DNA of 64,000 bases from a virus (IMGVR_UViG_3300002835_000119:12727-76726); one strand, 5' to 3'. Numbered from the stretch's first letter, positions 46,169-56,263 are shown. The notes: generated by a model from the sequence alone, not told the origin. Made by a program: numbers and translations.

Positions 46169-46633
46169 TTAGGTTATCTTGAAGCCGCCGCAATTTATTA
46201 GGAACTCCGCGAAAGAATCGAGATCCGATTCTCTCATCCAGTAACTACAGACAGGTGGTCTTGCTTTTCCAGTGCCGCTGCATTTAATGCACTGAGAAGA
46301 TCCAGCCTTTAGTATCCCTATCCGATTAAGGCCAAATCCAAGACATCGAGGACAGGTCGTGTCTTCTAGCGAATCTAGGAAGGCGTTAAATTCCTCAACA
46401 TACTTTCGGGCAACCCCGCTCTCTACATCGCTCTTTATTAGCAGCCCCAGCTTTTTTGAATTCTCCCCAGAAAGTCCATCGCCATCGTTTGAGTGCCCGT
46501 ATTTGACAGCATCGGCAATTTCTGGGTATTTGGTTTCCACGTACTCCCACAAAGGATGCCAAATCCAAGCGCTCCTGTTAAAGATTGACAGCTCTCTCTG
46601 CTCTGGGTTTTCGGCAATTAATGAAAAAGCCAT
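46169..46633 (-). CDS. paralog of 35754-36272
   Basis: WIWHPLW, HSNDGDGL, CPRC/CIKC, FLINCGGFKI. Confidence 0.8.
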   Translation of the reverse strand: MAFSLIAENPEQRELSIFNRSAWIWHPLWEYVETKYPEIADAVKYGHSNDGDGLSGENSKKLGLLIKSDVESGVARKYVEEFNAFLDSLEDTTCPRCLGFGLNRIGILKAGSSQCIKCSGTGKARPPVCSYWMRESDLDSFAEFLINCGGFKIT

Positions 46634-47388
46634 TAGCTTCTCTCGAACTTCCCTGGCAACGATGCACTGCTGTAGCCATTGTTGTAAATCTTCAGATTCA
46701 CATTGTCTCCACAGTCCCAGTAGTAGCTCTCTGGGATCTCCCTAAATTCAGAGTCATTTTCACAGTGATCCCAGCTAGCTGACTTGTGCTCGACTAGCTG
46801 TCGAATGTCAGCTTGGCCATACACAGTAGCGGCGTCTCGGAAACTTTCTAGGCTCTCTAAGTTTTTCATGTAGTCAATGTATGAGTAGTAAGTTTCTAGT
46901 ATGGACGCAGTAAAAAACTTACCGTCAGTTGTTCGGGCACTACTAAAAACTCTATCATGAACTATGTCGGCAATTTCTGACACCCAAAGGTTGCCAGCCG
47001 TGGAACCGAAAAACCAACTACAAAACGTGTAAATTCCGTCGCCGTCAAACTCTTTGCAGCCAACAAAGCTTTTCGAGGGATCGAACCAAGAGTCTAGAGG
47101 GACAAGACACCTAGCATCGATGTCTGCATACACCCCGCCAAATTTAGCGATGCAGTGGAACCTCCAGTAGTCCCCCTTAAGAGCTCCCTTAGTTATTCCC
47201 CTGTACGCGTCCACCCGATCGGGGCCGTAGTGCTGATCTAAAAACTCTATGCAATCTTTTTCGCTCATGTACTGATATTCCCAGCCCGGATTTAGATCTA
47301 TCCAGCTGCGCCTGATGACCTCTATGTACTCTGGAATGTCAGATTCTTCAAAGTTACACGTCTGCCAAATCTTTTTTGGGATAGCCAT
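46633..47388 (-). CDS. glycosyltransferase family 32 (DxD sugar-binding)
   Basis: IPKKIWQT, W.DLNPGWEY, GDYWR...GGVYADID. Confidence 0.9.
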   Translation of the reverse strand: MAIPKKIWQTCNFEESDIPEYIEVIRRSWIDLNPGWEYQYMSEKDCIEFLDQHYGPDRVDAYRGITKGALKGDYWRFHCIAKFGGVYADIDARCLVPLDSWFDPSKSFVGCKEFDGDGIYTFCSWFFGSTAGNLWVSEIADIVHDRVFSSARTTDGKFFTASILETYYSYIDYMKNLESLESFRDAATVYGQADIRQLVEHKSASWDHCENDSEFREIPESYYWDCGDNVNLKIYNNGYSSASLPGKFERS

Positions 47389-47569
47389 GCCACCGAGTAT
47401 AGCACCCCCCTTAATTTAAAAATTACCCCCTCCCCCCTTTTAAAAACGCCCCTATTACCGGCTACCCAATTTTTAGAAAAAATGTCCAAGGGTACTAAAA
47501 CTTAAATTAATGTTCAAAAAAGGGCGTTTCTCTCCCTAGTACCATAAAACAGCACGTAAAATAGAACCT

Positions 47570-48067
47570 ATGTCTCGAAGAACAGCACGTGGACAGCAGC
47601 TCCCCCCTCACGAGGTGGAGTTCCTAAACACGCTCAAGGGAGAGCAGCGCATAGAGCGCGTAGCGGCGTTATTTAACGCAGGGTGGTCCCTCCAGACCAT
47701 CGGGGATTCGCTACAACCGAGGCATCCAAGATCGACTGTCCGATCCTGGGTCTTGAAGGCTAAGGGCCTGAATTTAACAGACGCCCCTATTCCGACTCCA
47801 AGACTAAAAACCCCAGAAGGCGGGTACCAGAAGGTACGCCCTGAGTCCCCGGGAATCCCACAAGGTGACCTAGACCAGATCCGCCATCTTTCCCCCCTGG
47901 CTCGCGGCTATCGTTCACGGATGGCTTCGACGTCAGCTCCCGCCGTTGCAAACCAGCGTCTAACAGACCTATGCAAGCGGCTCCACCAAAATAACGTCTC
48001 GGTTCGTGAACTGGCCGAAGCAGCGGGCGTCACCTATCGCGCTATGTATAAGCGCCTCTTTCTATAA
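47570..48067 (+). CDS. double-HTH DNA-binding protein
   Basis: GWSLQTIG and SVRELAEAAGVTYRAM; related to 49657-50235. Confidence 0.75.
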   Translation: MSRRTARGQQLPPHEVEFLNTLKGEQRIERVAALFNAGWSLQTIGDSLQPRHPRSTVRSWVLKAKGLNLTDAPIPTPRLKTPEGGYQKVRPESPGIPQGDLDQIRHLSPLARGYRSRMASTSAPAVANQRLTDLCKRLHQNNVSVRELAEAAGVTYRAMYKRLFL

Positions 48068-48075
48068 AATCCAAC

Positions 48076-48105
48076 TTGACAAACAGTAGACGCCCCTACT
48101 AATCT
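48076..48105 (+). promoter_or_regulatory. sigmaA promoter with GACGCCCCTACT in its spacer
   Basis: TTGACA-18-TAATCT. Confidence 0.7.
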
Positions 48106-48156
48106 GTACCCCACAACTAAATAAGACCAAGTACTAACGCAAGGAAAGGTAGGTCG

Positions 48157-48867
48157 ATGTTAGAGAAACTAAGCAAAAAGCAAAAGGATGGGTTCTATAC
48201 CATTCTCATTTTGACTGGACTATTTGTGTCTGGTTCAACTCCGATGTACGACGTGAACTCGTCTTCAGCGGAGGCAGCCGGTTCGATGTTTGCGCCAATA
48301 ATAAAGCCTCAACCACTCGAGCAGACAAACAGGGTCCCGCTTCAGCGGGAAGCTGACATACTTGTCCAAATCCCAAACATTGGGAGACTAACAAACAAAA
48401 TTGACGAGCTAGAGTCAACTGTTGAAGCTAAAGAGTTCACCATCACTGCGATGAAAGAACAAAAAGAAATTGAACTTGCTCAACAGCGGGAAATCTATGT
48501 TTCTATGGACCAGGCCCTCATCGAGCTGTCCGAGTATGTAGGAAAAACCCCGTGGGGGTTCGGCGGAGACGACCCCAAACGCTGGGATTGCTCTGGACTT
48601 ACGATGTGGTTCTACAAAACTTACCGAGGTATAGACCTAGAGCACTCTGCCACCAAACAGATGCGCGGAGGCATTAAAGTAGACGCCCCTATTCCAGGTG
48701 ACCTAGTTGCTTTCAAGTACGGACGTAACAAAGATGCTTTCCACATCGGTGTGTACATGGGTGGCGGTATGTTTATCCACTCCAAGAACTCCAGAGCCGA
48801 TACGGTATTGGAGCGCGTCGAGGATTTTGCCTCTAAAAATATTACGGTTGTGTATATCCGCTACTAG
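48157..48867 (+). CDS. NlpC/P60 peptidoglycan endopeptidase, membrane-anchored
   Basis: YVGKTPWGFGG...WDCSGL...PGDLV...HIGVY.GGG.FIHS. Confidence 0.92.
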   Translation: MLEKLSKKQKDGFYTILILTGLFVSGSTPMYDVNSSSAEAAGSMFAPIIKPQPLEQTNRVPLQREADILVQIPNIGRLTNKIDELESTVEAKEFTITAMKEQKEIELAQQREIYVSMDQALIELSEYVGKTPWGFGGDDPKRWDCSGLTMWFYKTYRGIDLEHSATKQMRGGIKVDAPIPGDLVAFKYGRNKDAFHIGVYMGGGMFIHSKNSRADTVLERVEDFASKNITVVYIRY

Positions 48868-48882
48868 TGCTAAGCTGAAGCC

Positions 48883-49071
48883 ATGGAACTTCAAACATTC
48901 ATTTCATGGCTCGGATACAGTGCCATCGTTTTAATAATCGCCGGACCGGTTTTAGTACGCCTGGTCCGAAACATTGCGGTCGGACTAAAACTCCGTAGAC
49001 GCCGCAAAGCCACACCCGGACCCCTCCTCGGAGTTGTCTACCCTCAAACGACAAAGAAAGACAAAAAGTGA
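48883..49071 (+). CDS. small membrane protein
   Basis: TM helix plus basic tail; leaderless TAAGCT. Confidence 0.6.
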   Translation: MELQTFISWLGYSAIVLIIAGPVLVRLVRNIAVGLKLRRRRKATPGPLLGVVYPQTTKKDKK

Positions 49072-49376
49072 AACTTTATCTATTCCTACGATCCATCGTA
49101 TGGACCTCGGTTTTTTCTATCCTGCTAGTAGTTGCGTCCATCGTTTTGGCTGCACTAGCAGCGCCGCTTCCGTTAGTTGTGGCGTCTGCTATTAGTTCTA
49201 TCGCGCTCGCTGTCTTGAGCACAAAAACGAGCTAGTAATGCTGCTTGAAATTATTTTTATAGTTTTAGGAATTTTAATCTTTTTATGGTTGACAATATCT
49301 GTCTTTACAGTTATTGTTACTCTGATTGGTTCGCCGGCAGATATGCATGACGTATTGATTGATGACACAAAAGGAA

Positions 49377-49652
49377 ATGATGCAACTAAAAGTAAAAAAT
49401 TACGATGACCTAAGGGACTCACTGGCAACCAGCGGTTTGTTTGATATGACAGACTGCGTTGTCGAAATTAGATGTCCCATGGACTCGGATGTAAATGAGA
49501 TCAAAAGAATGACTAACCTCATTGAATCTATGGTTCATGTAACCGATGTTCAGGTTGCGTCAACTTATGAAGATTTGGCTACAAGTGATTACACAATCAC
49601 CCTGACTGAAGATACTCAAAAGTTTAAAAGAAAATTTACGACAAGAAAGTAG
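49377..49652 (+). CDS. hypothetical protein
   Basis: AAAGGA SD. Confidence 0.6.
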   Translation: MMQLKVKNYDDLRDSLATSGLFDMTDCVVEIRCPMDSDVNEIKRMTNLIESMVHVTDVQVASTYEDLATSDYTITLTEDTQKFKRKFTTRK

Positions 49653-49656
49653 AGAG

Positions 49657-50235
49657 ATGACGACCGTGAGTGACGAACAAAAATACATCAAGAAGAATCA
49701 GCGTTTACCAGAATCAATTCGCAAGGCATTCAAGAAAGCCGCCGACAATACCGAACGCGACTACTTGATTAAGCAGCTGGTTGATGCCAACTGGACCTAC
49801 GAAGCCATCTCTAATGCATCCGGTCTTACCCGAGAGCGGATCCGTCAGATTGCTAACGCTAACGAAGCGCTAGCTAAGGAGTTTTCTTTCGACCTTGGGG
49901 TGGAAATTCCAGAACCTCCAAAAAAGGAAGAGCGCCCGAAGCGCGAGTACGTTGAGCCGTCTCCAGAGACGCTAGCCCGACTACTTGAGCTGCAGCCTTA
50001 CGCCCAGCAGGTTCGAGCCAATGGCAAGAAATACCGCGAAGAGGCAGAGGAATACACGCGCCTACTGAACCACGCTCATAAGGTTGAAGGAGTAACTCTT
50101 TACCGCTTAGCAAAGCGCCTGGGAATTACTAACGGCGCTATTCGGTTCCGTTTAGTTAGATATGGATATCTCAAGGCTAAAACCGCGAAATCCAAGGTTT
50201 ATAACCCAGTTATCAAGCAGAACAGGGCTATCTAA
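49657..50235 (+). CDS. double-HTH (sigma region 4-like) protein
   Basis: WTYEAISNASGLTRERIRQI and TLYRLAKRLGIT. Confidence 0.8.
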   Translation: MTTVSDEQKYIKKNQRLPESIRKAFKKAADNTERDYLIKQLVDANWTYEAISNASGLTRERIRQIANANEALAKEFSFDLGVEIPEPPKKEERPKREYVEPSPETLARLLELQPYAQQVRANGKKYREEAEEYTRLLNHAHKVEGVTLYRLAKRLGITNGAIRFRLVRYGYLKAKTAKSKVYNPVIKQNRAI

Positions 50236-50457
50236 AATTAGGAGCTTTCAAGATCATTTTGATCGATCCGAAATTCAGGAGAGCTTCGCTATGCTGGTAG
50301 CAGCTCGTGTAAATCAGATTCTTGCCGGTGAAGCCAAGCCTTTACAGTTTGACAAAATTGGCGGAGTCTACTACACAACAGAACAAGAAAATTTAATGTT
50401 TGCAGACACAATTGCTAGAGCAGTCTGCGCAAATCTAGAAACAGGAGAGGAAAAGTA

Positions 50458-52656
50458 GTGAGCAACTACAACGTAAATGACAGCACTGCAAAGTGCCCGG
50501 TTCCGCACGGAACTGCAGGTGGAGCTAGTGCATCACTTGGCACCACAAACAATGATTGGTGGCCAAATCAGATTAGCCTAGAGCCGCTACTTCATCACAA
50601 CCCAAAGAGCGATCCAATGGATCCTGACTTTGACTATGTTGCAGAGTTTAAAACTCTAGACCTGAGTGAAGTTAAGGCTGACATCACTGAGGTTATGACT
50701 AACTCTCAGGACTGGTGGCCAGCAGACTACGGTCACTACGGACCGCTATTCATTCGTATGGCATGGCACGCTGCGGGAACCTATCGTGTTTCTGACGGAC
50801 GTGGTGGCGGTGGAGAAGGACTACAGCGTTTTGCTCCACTTAACTCATGGCCAGACAACGTAAACCTAGACAAGGCTCGCCGCTTATTGTGGCCAGTCAA
50901 GAAGAAGTATGGACGCAAGCTCAGCTGGGCAGACCTAATGATTCTTGCAGGTAACGTTGCACTCGAAGACATGGGATTCCCGACCTTCGGTTTTGCTGGT
51001 GGACGTGCAGACGTCTGGGAGCCAGACAACACTTACTGGGGCAACGAGACTGAGTGGCTAGCCAACAAGCGTTACGACGCAAGCCGCGATGCAGAAACTT
51101 TAGAGGACCCACTAGCTGCTGTGCAGATGGGACTTATCTACGTAAACCCAGAGGGACCAGATGGCAACCCCGACTTCAAGCTAGCTGCTGCAGACATTCG
51201 TACCACATTCGGCCGTATGGCAATGAATGACGAAGAGACTGTTGCACTTATCGCTGGTGGACACGCGTTTGGTAAGACTCACGGTGCTGGTGATGCATCG
51301 CAAGTTGGACCAGAGCCAGAGGCAGTTGATGATCTAGCTGCAGTTGGTCTTGGTTGGAAGAACTCACAGGGCAAGGGACACTCGGAAGACACAATCTCTT
51401 CTGGTCTCGAAGTTACTTGGACTCCTAACCCAACTCGCTGGGACAACGACTACCTACGCTTGATTTACAAGTACGAGTGGGAGCAGACTAAGTCTCCAGC
51501 TGGTGCGACCCAGTGGGTTCCAGTAGGTGAGGTAGACGCCGAGGACATGGTTCCTCACGCTCACCTAATCGGCAAGAAGGAAAAGCCAAAGATGCTAACC
51601 ACTGACCTTGCTCTCCGTTTCGGAGATGAGGAGTATGACCGCATCTCTCGCAAGTTCCTAGAGGACTTTGATTATTTCACTGACGTGTTTGCACGTGCAT
51701 GGTTCAAGCTCACCCACCGTGACATGGGACCACGCGCACGCTATCACGGACCAGAAGTTCCAGCTGAAGTTCTAATCTGGCAGGATCCAATTCCTGCTGG
51801 TGTAGTTCCGTCTGAAGAAAACTTAGATCGCCTAGCAGAATTGCTTGACGACTCCGGACTAACTATTGCAGATGTTGTAACTGTTGCATGGGCGTCTGCT
51901 TCTACCTACCGCAACACCGACAAGCGCGGTGGAGCAAACGGTGCTCGACTATTCCTAGAGCCACAGCGTTCTTGGCCAGTTAACCACGGCCTCGAGGACA
52001 TTCTACAATCTCTCGAGCAGGTTAAAGAAGACTTGGCTGCAGAGGGAATCAACATTTCACTTGCAGACATTACGGTTTACGCTGGAAACATGGGAGTTGA
52101 AGCTTCAGCTGCCGAAGCCGGAATTCCAATTTCTGTAGAGTTCAAGGGCGGTCGCGGAGACGCAACTCAAGAGCAGACAGACGTTGAATCCTTCAATCAC
52201 CTCTACCCCGTTGCAGATGCATTCCGCAACTGGTCCCACAAGAAGTATGCTGACTCACTTGATCGCTTGCTGATTGACAAGGCAACCCTGCTCGGACTGA
52301 CTCCCCCAGAAATGGTTGCTTTGTACGGAGGTCTTCGTGTTCTAGGCGTATCTACTGAAGATCGCGGTGTGCTAACTAACACTCCTGGCGTACTAACCAA
52401 TGATTTCTTTGTCAATATTCTTGACATGAACATTCAGTGGAAGCCGATCGAAAACAATCTATACGAAGGTCGTGACAGAAGAACTCAGGATCTTGAATGG
52501 ATTGCATCTAGAGCAGATCTAGTGTTTGCATCGAACTCGGTTCTGCGAGCCTACGCGGAGGTTTATGCCTCGGACGATGGCAAGGAAAAGTTAGTTATCG
52601 ACTTCATTGCCGCTTGGGAAAAAGTAATGAATAACGATAGGTTCGACCTACTCTAA
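50458..52656 (+). CDS. katG: catalase-peroxidase
   Basis: [51 protein letters not shown]; full two-domain 732 aa. Confidence 0.98.
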   Translation: MSNYNVNDSTAKCPVPHGTAGGASASLGTTNNDWWPNQISLEPLLHHNPKSDPMDPDFDYVAEFKTLDLSEVKADITEVMTNSQDWWPADYGHYGPLFIRMAWHAAGTYRVSDGRGGGGEGLQRFAPLNSWPDNVNLDKARRLLWPVKKKYGRKLSWADLMILAGNVALEDMGFPTFGFAGGRADVWEPDNTYWGNETEWLANKRYDASRDAETLEDPLAAVQMGLIYVNPEGPDGNPDFKLAAADIRTTFGRMAMNDEETVALIAGGHAFGKTHGAGDASQVGPEPEAVDDLAAVGLGWKNSQGKGHSEDTISSGLEVTWTPNPTRWDNDYLRLIYKYEWEQTKSPAGATQWVPVGEVDAEDMVPHAHLIGKKEKPKMLTTDLALRFGDEEYDRISRKFLEDFDYFTDVFARAWFKLTHRDMGPRARYHGPEVPAEVLIWQDPIPAGVVPSEENLDRLAELLDDSGLTIADVVTVAWASASTYRNTDKRGGANGARLFLEPQRSWPVNHGLEDILQSLEQVKEDLAAEGINISLADITVYAGNMGVEASAAEAGIPISVEFKGGRGDATQEQTDVESFNHLYPVADAFRNWSHKKYADSLDRLLIDKATLLGLTPPEMVALYGGLRVLGVSTEDRGVLTNTPGVLTNDFFVNILDMNIQWKPIENNLYEGRDRRTQDLEWIASRADLVFASNSVLRAYAEVYASDDGKEKLVIDFIAAWEKVMNNDRFDLL

Positions 52657-52670
52657 ATCAAACTAAAGGA

Positions 52671-52699
52671 AAGCCCCTGCTTCGGCAGGGGTTTTTCTT
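52671..52699 (+). terminator. intrinsic terminator
   Basis: GCCCCTGC-TTCG-GCAGGGGT plus T-run. Confidence 0.9.
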
Positions 52700-52735
52700 A
52701 TGTTAGAATATTTATCCAAACCACTAAGGAGAACC

Positions 52736-53329
52736 TTGCTTTCGCAACTAGTAAGAGAGTCCTCTAAGGAAGTACACCTAGAGGCCGAGCGCAGTCCATT
52801 TATGGTTGCCCTTATGAAGGGCGATCTGCCCTCCGAGGCATACTTCGATTACATTGCTCAGCTTGCCCCTATCTATGAAGCTTTAGAAAAATGGGAAGGA
52901 AAGCTGCCATTTTTTGACAGACGCCTCGACCGTTTCGAGCGCATCATTGCAGATCTTGAGTACATCGGTACCAGGATTGTTCTCAACGAAACTATTGCTT
53001 ACGTTAAGCACATCAAGAAGATTATCAAGCTCAAGGACGAGGTTCGTCTAGTTGCTCACCACTACACCCGCTACCTCGGAGACCTTTCCGGCGGACAGGC
53101 AATAGGTGCGCTTGTTGCACGTAACCTTTCGATTCCACCAAACTTCTTATCCTTCTATGACTTCGACGACATCGGGGATCGCGTTCGTTACAAAGAAACT
53201 TACCGAGAAAACCTAGACACCCTAATTGACCCTAAGGACTACGACCGATTTATTCAGGAAGTAATCCTGGCCTTTGAGTACAACAAAAAGATTTTTTACG
53301 CTCTGGGCGAACAGTGGTTGAAAAACTAA
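52736..53329 (+). CDS. heme oxygenase (HmuO/HO-1 type)
   Basis: Proximal His in KEVHLEAE; AHHYTRYLGDLSGGQ signature; TTG start after AAGGAG (alternative ATG 52700). Confidence 0.93.
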   Translation: MLSQLVRESSKEVHLEAERSPFMVALMKGDLPSEAYFDYIAQLAPIYEALEKWEGKLPFFDRRLDRFERIIADLEYIGTRIVLNETIAYVKHIKKIIKLKDEVRLVAHHYTRYLGDLSGGQAIGALVARNLSIPPNFLSFYDFDDIGDRVRYKETYRENLDTLIDPKDYDRFIQEVILAFEYNKKIFYALGEQWLKN

Positions 53330-53354
53330 AAACTTTGTGCTAATCTGATACCAA

Positions 53355-53535
53355 CAGCAATCCGACGGGAGAGCTGGAGTGTGGCTGAATAACCCGAAAG
53401 CTATATGGGCGGGTAAGGCACAGGCGGTCCTTAGCGGGACAGTTAGCTACTAAACGTCTGGTGGGCTCAAAAGCGGATCTTACAGAGACCGTAATAGCTA
53501 GGCCCTGGTGGTAAAAGGCAATCCATCTTCTCACT
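53355..53535 (+). ncRNA. structured ncRNA, manA-motif-like
   Basis: Own TGCTAATCT -10 and terminator; ends pair (GAGAGCTGGA/TCCATCTTCTC); GTGGCTGAATAA, CACAGGCGGT and GGT..AATCCA segments resemble my recollection of phage manA RNAs. Confidence 0.55.
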
Positions 53536-53538
53536 CTT

Positions 53539-53566
53539 AACACCCCTGCAGAAATGTAGGGGTGTT
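53539..53566 (+). terminator. terminator hairpin
   Basis: AACACCCCTGCA-GAAA-TGTAGGGGTGTT. Confidence 0.8.
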
Positions 53567-53577
53567 ATACTTTTTCT

Positions 53578-54237
53578 GTGCCCGAACTAAATGCAAACAT
53601 CCCACCAATTGAAGCCTACGTACGAGGCAACTATCTTCGTGACCAGCAGGATTCTCACGATAAATACTTTCCAGTAACTATTTTCGGCGTTGCTAGCATT
53701 CAGGGCAGATCTCCACTATTTCACTTCCTTATGGAAGATGGCGGACTGTGGTGGCGTATGCCAATTTCCGCTTTTTGTTCCGAGCCCGGGGTTCCAGAAG
53801 TAGATATTCATAATCTGGTCCTATGGAACTCGTTCAGTCCATACATCGCAGTGACTCAGTTTCAAAACATGGTCAACATGAAGATGCAATACATCGACCG
53901 TGACAAAAATAAAATCCTAGGCAAGTATTTATTTACGTTGGACTGGCACACACCCGAGTGGAACATTCTTGACTCTGGCTACTCTGAGAACCCAGACCAA
54001 CACAAGTGTGGCCACGTAATCCTTCGCGATGATGGCAACTTTGCTATTCAGCCCAATAACCGCGTCCTTCTTTTTGAGCCATCCATGGTCACTAAGCCTG
54101 GCCAGAAATTAATTGACCGGCTTGTCAATACCAGAAAGTGGGACGTAGAAGACGCGTCTAAGTGGACAACCGAGGACTCCAACAACTATAATTACGACAT
54201 CGTAAAAACTTCTAAGGAGAAAAATGGGAAAAAATAA
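53578..54237 (+). CDS. conserved hypothetical phage protein
   Basis: LNANIPP...HKCGH...GNFAIQPNNR. Confidence 0.8.
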   Translation: MPELNANIPPIEAYVRGNYLRDQQDSHDKYFPVTIFGVASIQGRSPLFHFLMEDGGLWWRMPISAFCSEPGVPEVDIHNLVLWNSFSPYIAVTQFQNMVNMKMQYIDRDKNKILGKYLFTLDWHTPEWNILDSGYSENPDQHKCGHVILRDDGNFAIQPNNRVLLFEPSMVTKPGQKLIDRLVNTRKWDVEDASKWTTEDSNNYNYDIVKTSKEKNGKK

Positions 54238-54355
54238 GAAGGCTGCTCCAGCTGCTGTAAAGACAACAACTGACCGCAAGAACGGCAAAGCTTCAAAGAA
54301 GCGCCCAAAAGTGTTTGATGCTGTTAAGCGCAGACTAGTCACACTCAAGAAATAG
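54224..54355 (+). CDS. 43-aa basic peptide
   Basis: AAGGAG SD; MGKNKKAAP...KRRLVTLKK. Confidence 0.6.
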   Translation: MGKNKKAAPAAVKTTTDRKNGKASKKRPKVFDAVKRRLVTLKK

Positions 54356-54359
54356 TAAA

Positions 54360-55043
54360 TTGACTGCGCCAAAGAAAATAGCGTGGATTACTCCCACTAA
54401 CGGACGAAAAGATCTACTACTAGCAGCGCGACAGTCTTGGTACGACAATATTGTTGGAAAAATTGAAAAAGAGATAATTGTTGATGATTCCGGAAACCAG
54501 GAGTATCACGACTGGCTAAAAACAGAATACCCCTCGGCGGCAGTTGTTCGCTACTCCGATAAAAATTTGGGTTACACAACTACCATGCAAAACTGCTTTG
54601 ATCAAGCTATTTTGTCTGGCTGCGACTATGTTTTACATACCGAAGATGATTTTGTTCTAAAATCAAAACTAGATATAAATCTTATTGCAGAGATACTCGA
54701 CAACAACGAGGATCTGGCTCAAATTGTTTTTAAACGAAGCCCGGTCTACCAATGGGAACACCTAGGCACCGATCTAATAGATTCAATTAGAAAAAGGGGT
54801 TATCCGATAGAATATAGAGAAGATAAAAACACTATCGCTGTAAACTCTTTTTATTGGTCGGCTAACCCAAACATCTATCCGATTAAGGTTGCTCGGGTTG
54901 GGTGGCCAGCAGAGAGTCAATCGGAGATTGCGTTCTCTAAAAAAGTTTTTGCTCTTGGATATAAATCATCCTATCTAGGAACAGAAAATGACGAGCCTAT
55001 AACCGATCACATCGGTCACTATAGACTCGGGTTCGGCCACTAA
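54360..55043 (+). CDS. glycosyltransferase family 2
   Basis: IVDDSG, YVLHTEDDF, SANP, HIG. Confidence 0.8.
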   Translation: MTAPKKIAWITPTNGRKDLLLAARQSWYDNIVGKIEKEIIVDDSGNQEYHDWLKTEYPSAAVVRYSDKNLGYTTTMQNCFDQAILSGCDYVLHTEDDFVLKSKLDINLIAEILDNNEDLAQIVFKRSPVYQWEHLGTDLIDSIRKRGYPIEYREDKNTIAVNSFYWSANPNIYPIKVARVGWPAESQSEIAFSKKVFALGYKSSYLGTENDEPITDHIGHYRLGFGH

Positions 55044-55055
55044 CAAAGGATCAGG

Positions 55056-55571
55056 ATGCCAGGTTCAGATAGCGCTAATAACAGCTGGGTTATGCAAAAG
55101 CTAAAGGAAATTGAACCAAAAAGAATTCTTGACGTGGGGGCTGGAAACGGCAACTTTGGTCAAAGGGTAAAAAGCGTTTTTGGTGACTCGGTTGTTATCG
55201 ATGCAATTGAAGCCTGGGAGCCTTACATTGCTCAATTCAATTTACAAAACAAGTACAACAATGTCTTTAACCAGGACGCAAGACTCTGGGATGACTTTGC
55301 ATACGACTTAGTAGTTTTTGGCGATGTTTTAGAGCACATGCCGGAAGCCGAAGCCAAAGAACTCTGGGCAAAGACAGCTAGCGCGGCGAAGTACGCAATC
55401 ATCACTATTCCAATCATTCACTACCCGCAGGGTGCAGAGTTTGGAAATCCATTTGAGATTCACCACGAAGAAGATTGGAATACAGCTAGAATTTTAGAAG
55501 CTTTTCCTGGTATCATAGATCACAAAGAGTTTCCAATCACTGGCGCTTACTTTGCCAAGTTTGAGAACTAA
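55056..55571 (+). CDS. class I SAM-dependent methyltransferase
   Basis: ILDVGAGNG, YDLVVFGDVLEHM. Confidence 0.9.
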   Translation: MPGSDSANNSWVMQKLKEIEPKRILDVGAGNGNFGQRVKSVFGDSVVIDAIEAWEPYIAQFNLQNKYNNVFNQDARLWDDFAYDLVVFGDVLEHMPEAEAKELWAKTASAAKYAIITIPIIHYPQGAEFGNPFEIHHEEDWNTARILEAFPGIIDHKEFPITGAYFAKFEN

Positions 55572-55574
55572 CAT

Positions 55575-55646
55575 TCCTCTCTAGCTCAATGGCAGAGCAA
55601 CGAGCTGTTAACTCGTAGGTTCGTGGTTCGAGTCCACGGAGGGGAG
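55575..55646 (+). tRNA. tRNA-Asn (GTT)
   Basis: Cloverleaf: TCCTCTC/GAGGGGA acceptor, TAGCTCAATGGCAGAGC D-arm, ACGAG-CTGTTAA-CTCGT, GGTTCGAGTCC; CCA not encoded. Confidence 0.97.
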
Positions 55647-55655
55647 CGGAGGACT

Positions 55656-56240
55656 ATGTTTTTAGTTAGTGATGAACTTGTTGGCTCAGAATTTAGCCAA
55701 CAAATAAAATCTTTGGTTTTTGGTTTTCAAGAGCCAATTAATTGGCAATACAGTGATATGACTAATCGTATGTACGATGATGATCCAATCTCTATAAAAA
55801 CTAACCAAGTAAAAGAAACTTTCTATTTTTCTGGGTACATTGAACCAACTGCTCGGCTATATGAAATTGTTTTATCTTTTCTAGAAAAAGAGCTGAGCCA
55901 GCACGGGGTTTCTATCGGAGAAATCTTTATGTTTAGAGCAAACATTTTTACTAGAAAAGATTACTCATACTCCGGGATCCATCACACCATCCACGTCGAC
56001 AATACCTCTGATGACTACATGTCATTTCTTTACTACATCGAAGATTCCGATGGAGACACAAGATTTTTCAATGAAAAATATTCCCCCTCTATGAATAGCA
56101 CCCTACTGAGCGAGAAGCAGTCTGTATCGCCCTCGGGTGGACGCTATGTTCTATTTGACTCTAACTACTACCACGCTTCGGCTTCTCCCGTGAATCATGA
56201 TGCTAGATCTGTTTTGAATGTCATTTTTAAGGTAGCCTAG
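55656..56240 (+). CDS. 2OG-Fe(II) oxygenase-like protein
   Basis: IHVD, LYYIEDSDGDT.FF, FDSNYYHAS, R.VLN. Confidence 0.8.
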   Translation: MFLVSDELVGSEFSQQIKSLVFGFQEPINWQYSDMTNRMYDDDPISIKTNQVKETFYFSGYIEPTARLYEIVLSFLEKELSQHGVSIGEIFMFRANIFTRKDYSYSGIHHTIHVDNTSDDYMSFLYYIEDSDGDTRFFNEKYSPSMNSTLLSEKQSVSPSGGRYVLFDSNYYHASASPVNHDARSVLNVIFKVA

Positions 56241-56263
56241 GTTCATAGTGCTATACTTTTGCT

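Noticed and set aside
50458-53329. Host chromosome flank (prophage boundary) at katG
   Set aside because: Flanked on both sides by phage-type genes with the same promoter and terminator style; no integrase, att-like site or housekeeping operon seen.
53340-53543. Minus-strand 67-aa ORF
   Set aside because: Overlaps the structured RNA that has a + strand promoter and terminator.
55623-55655. Extended N-terminus of the oxygenase ORF
   Set aside because: Overlaps the tRNA-Asn T-arm; GGAGG SD supports ATG 55656.
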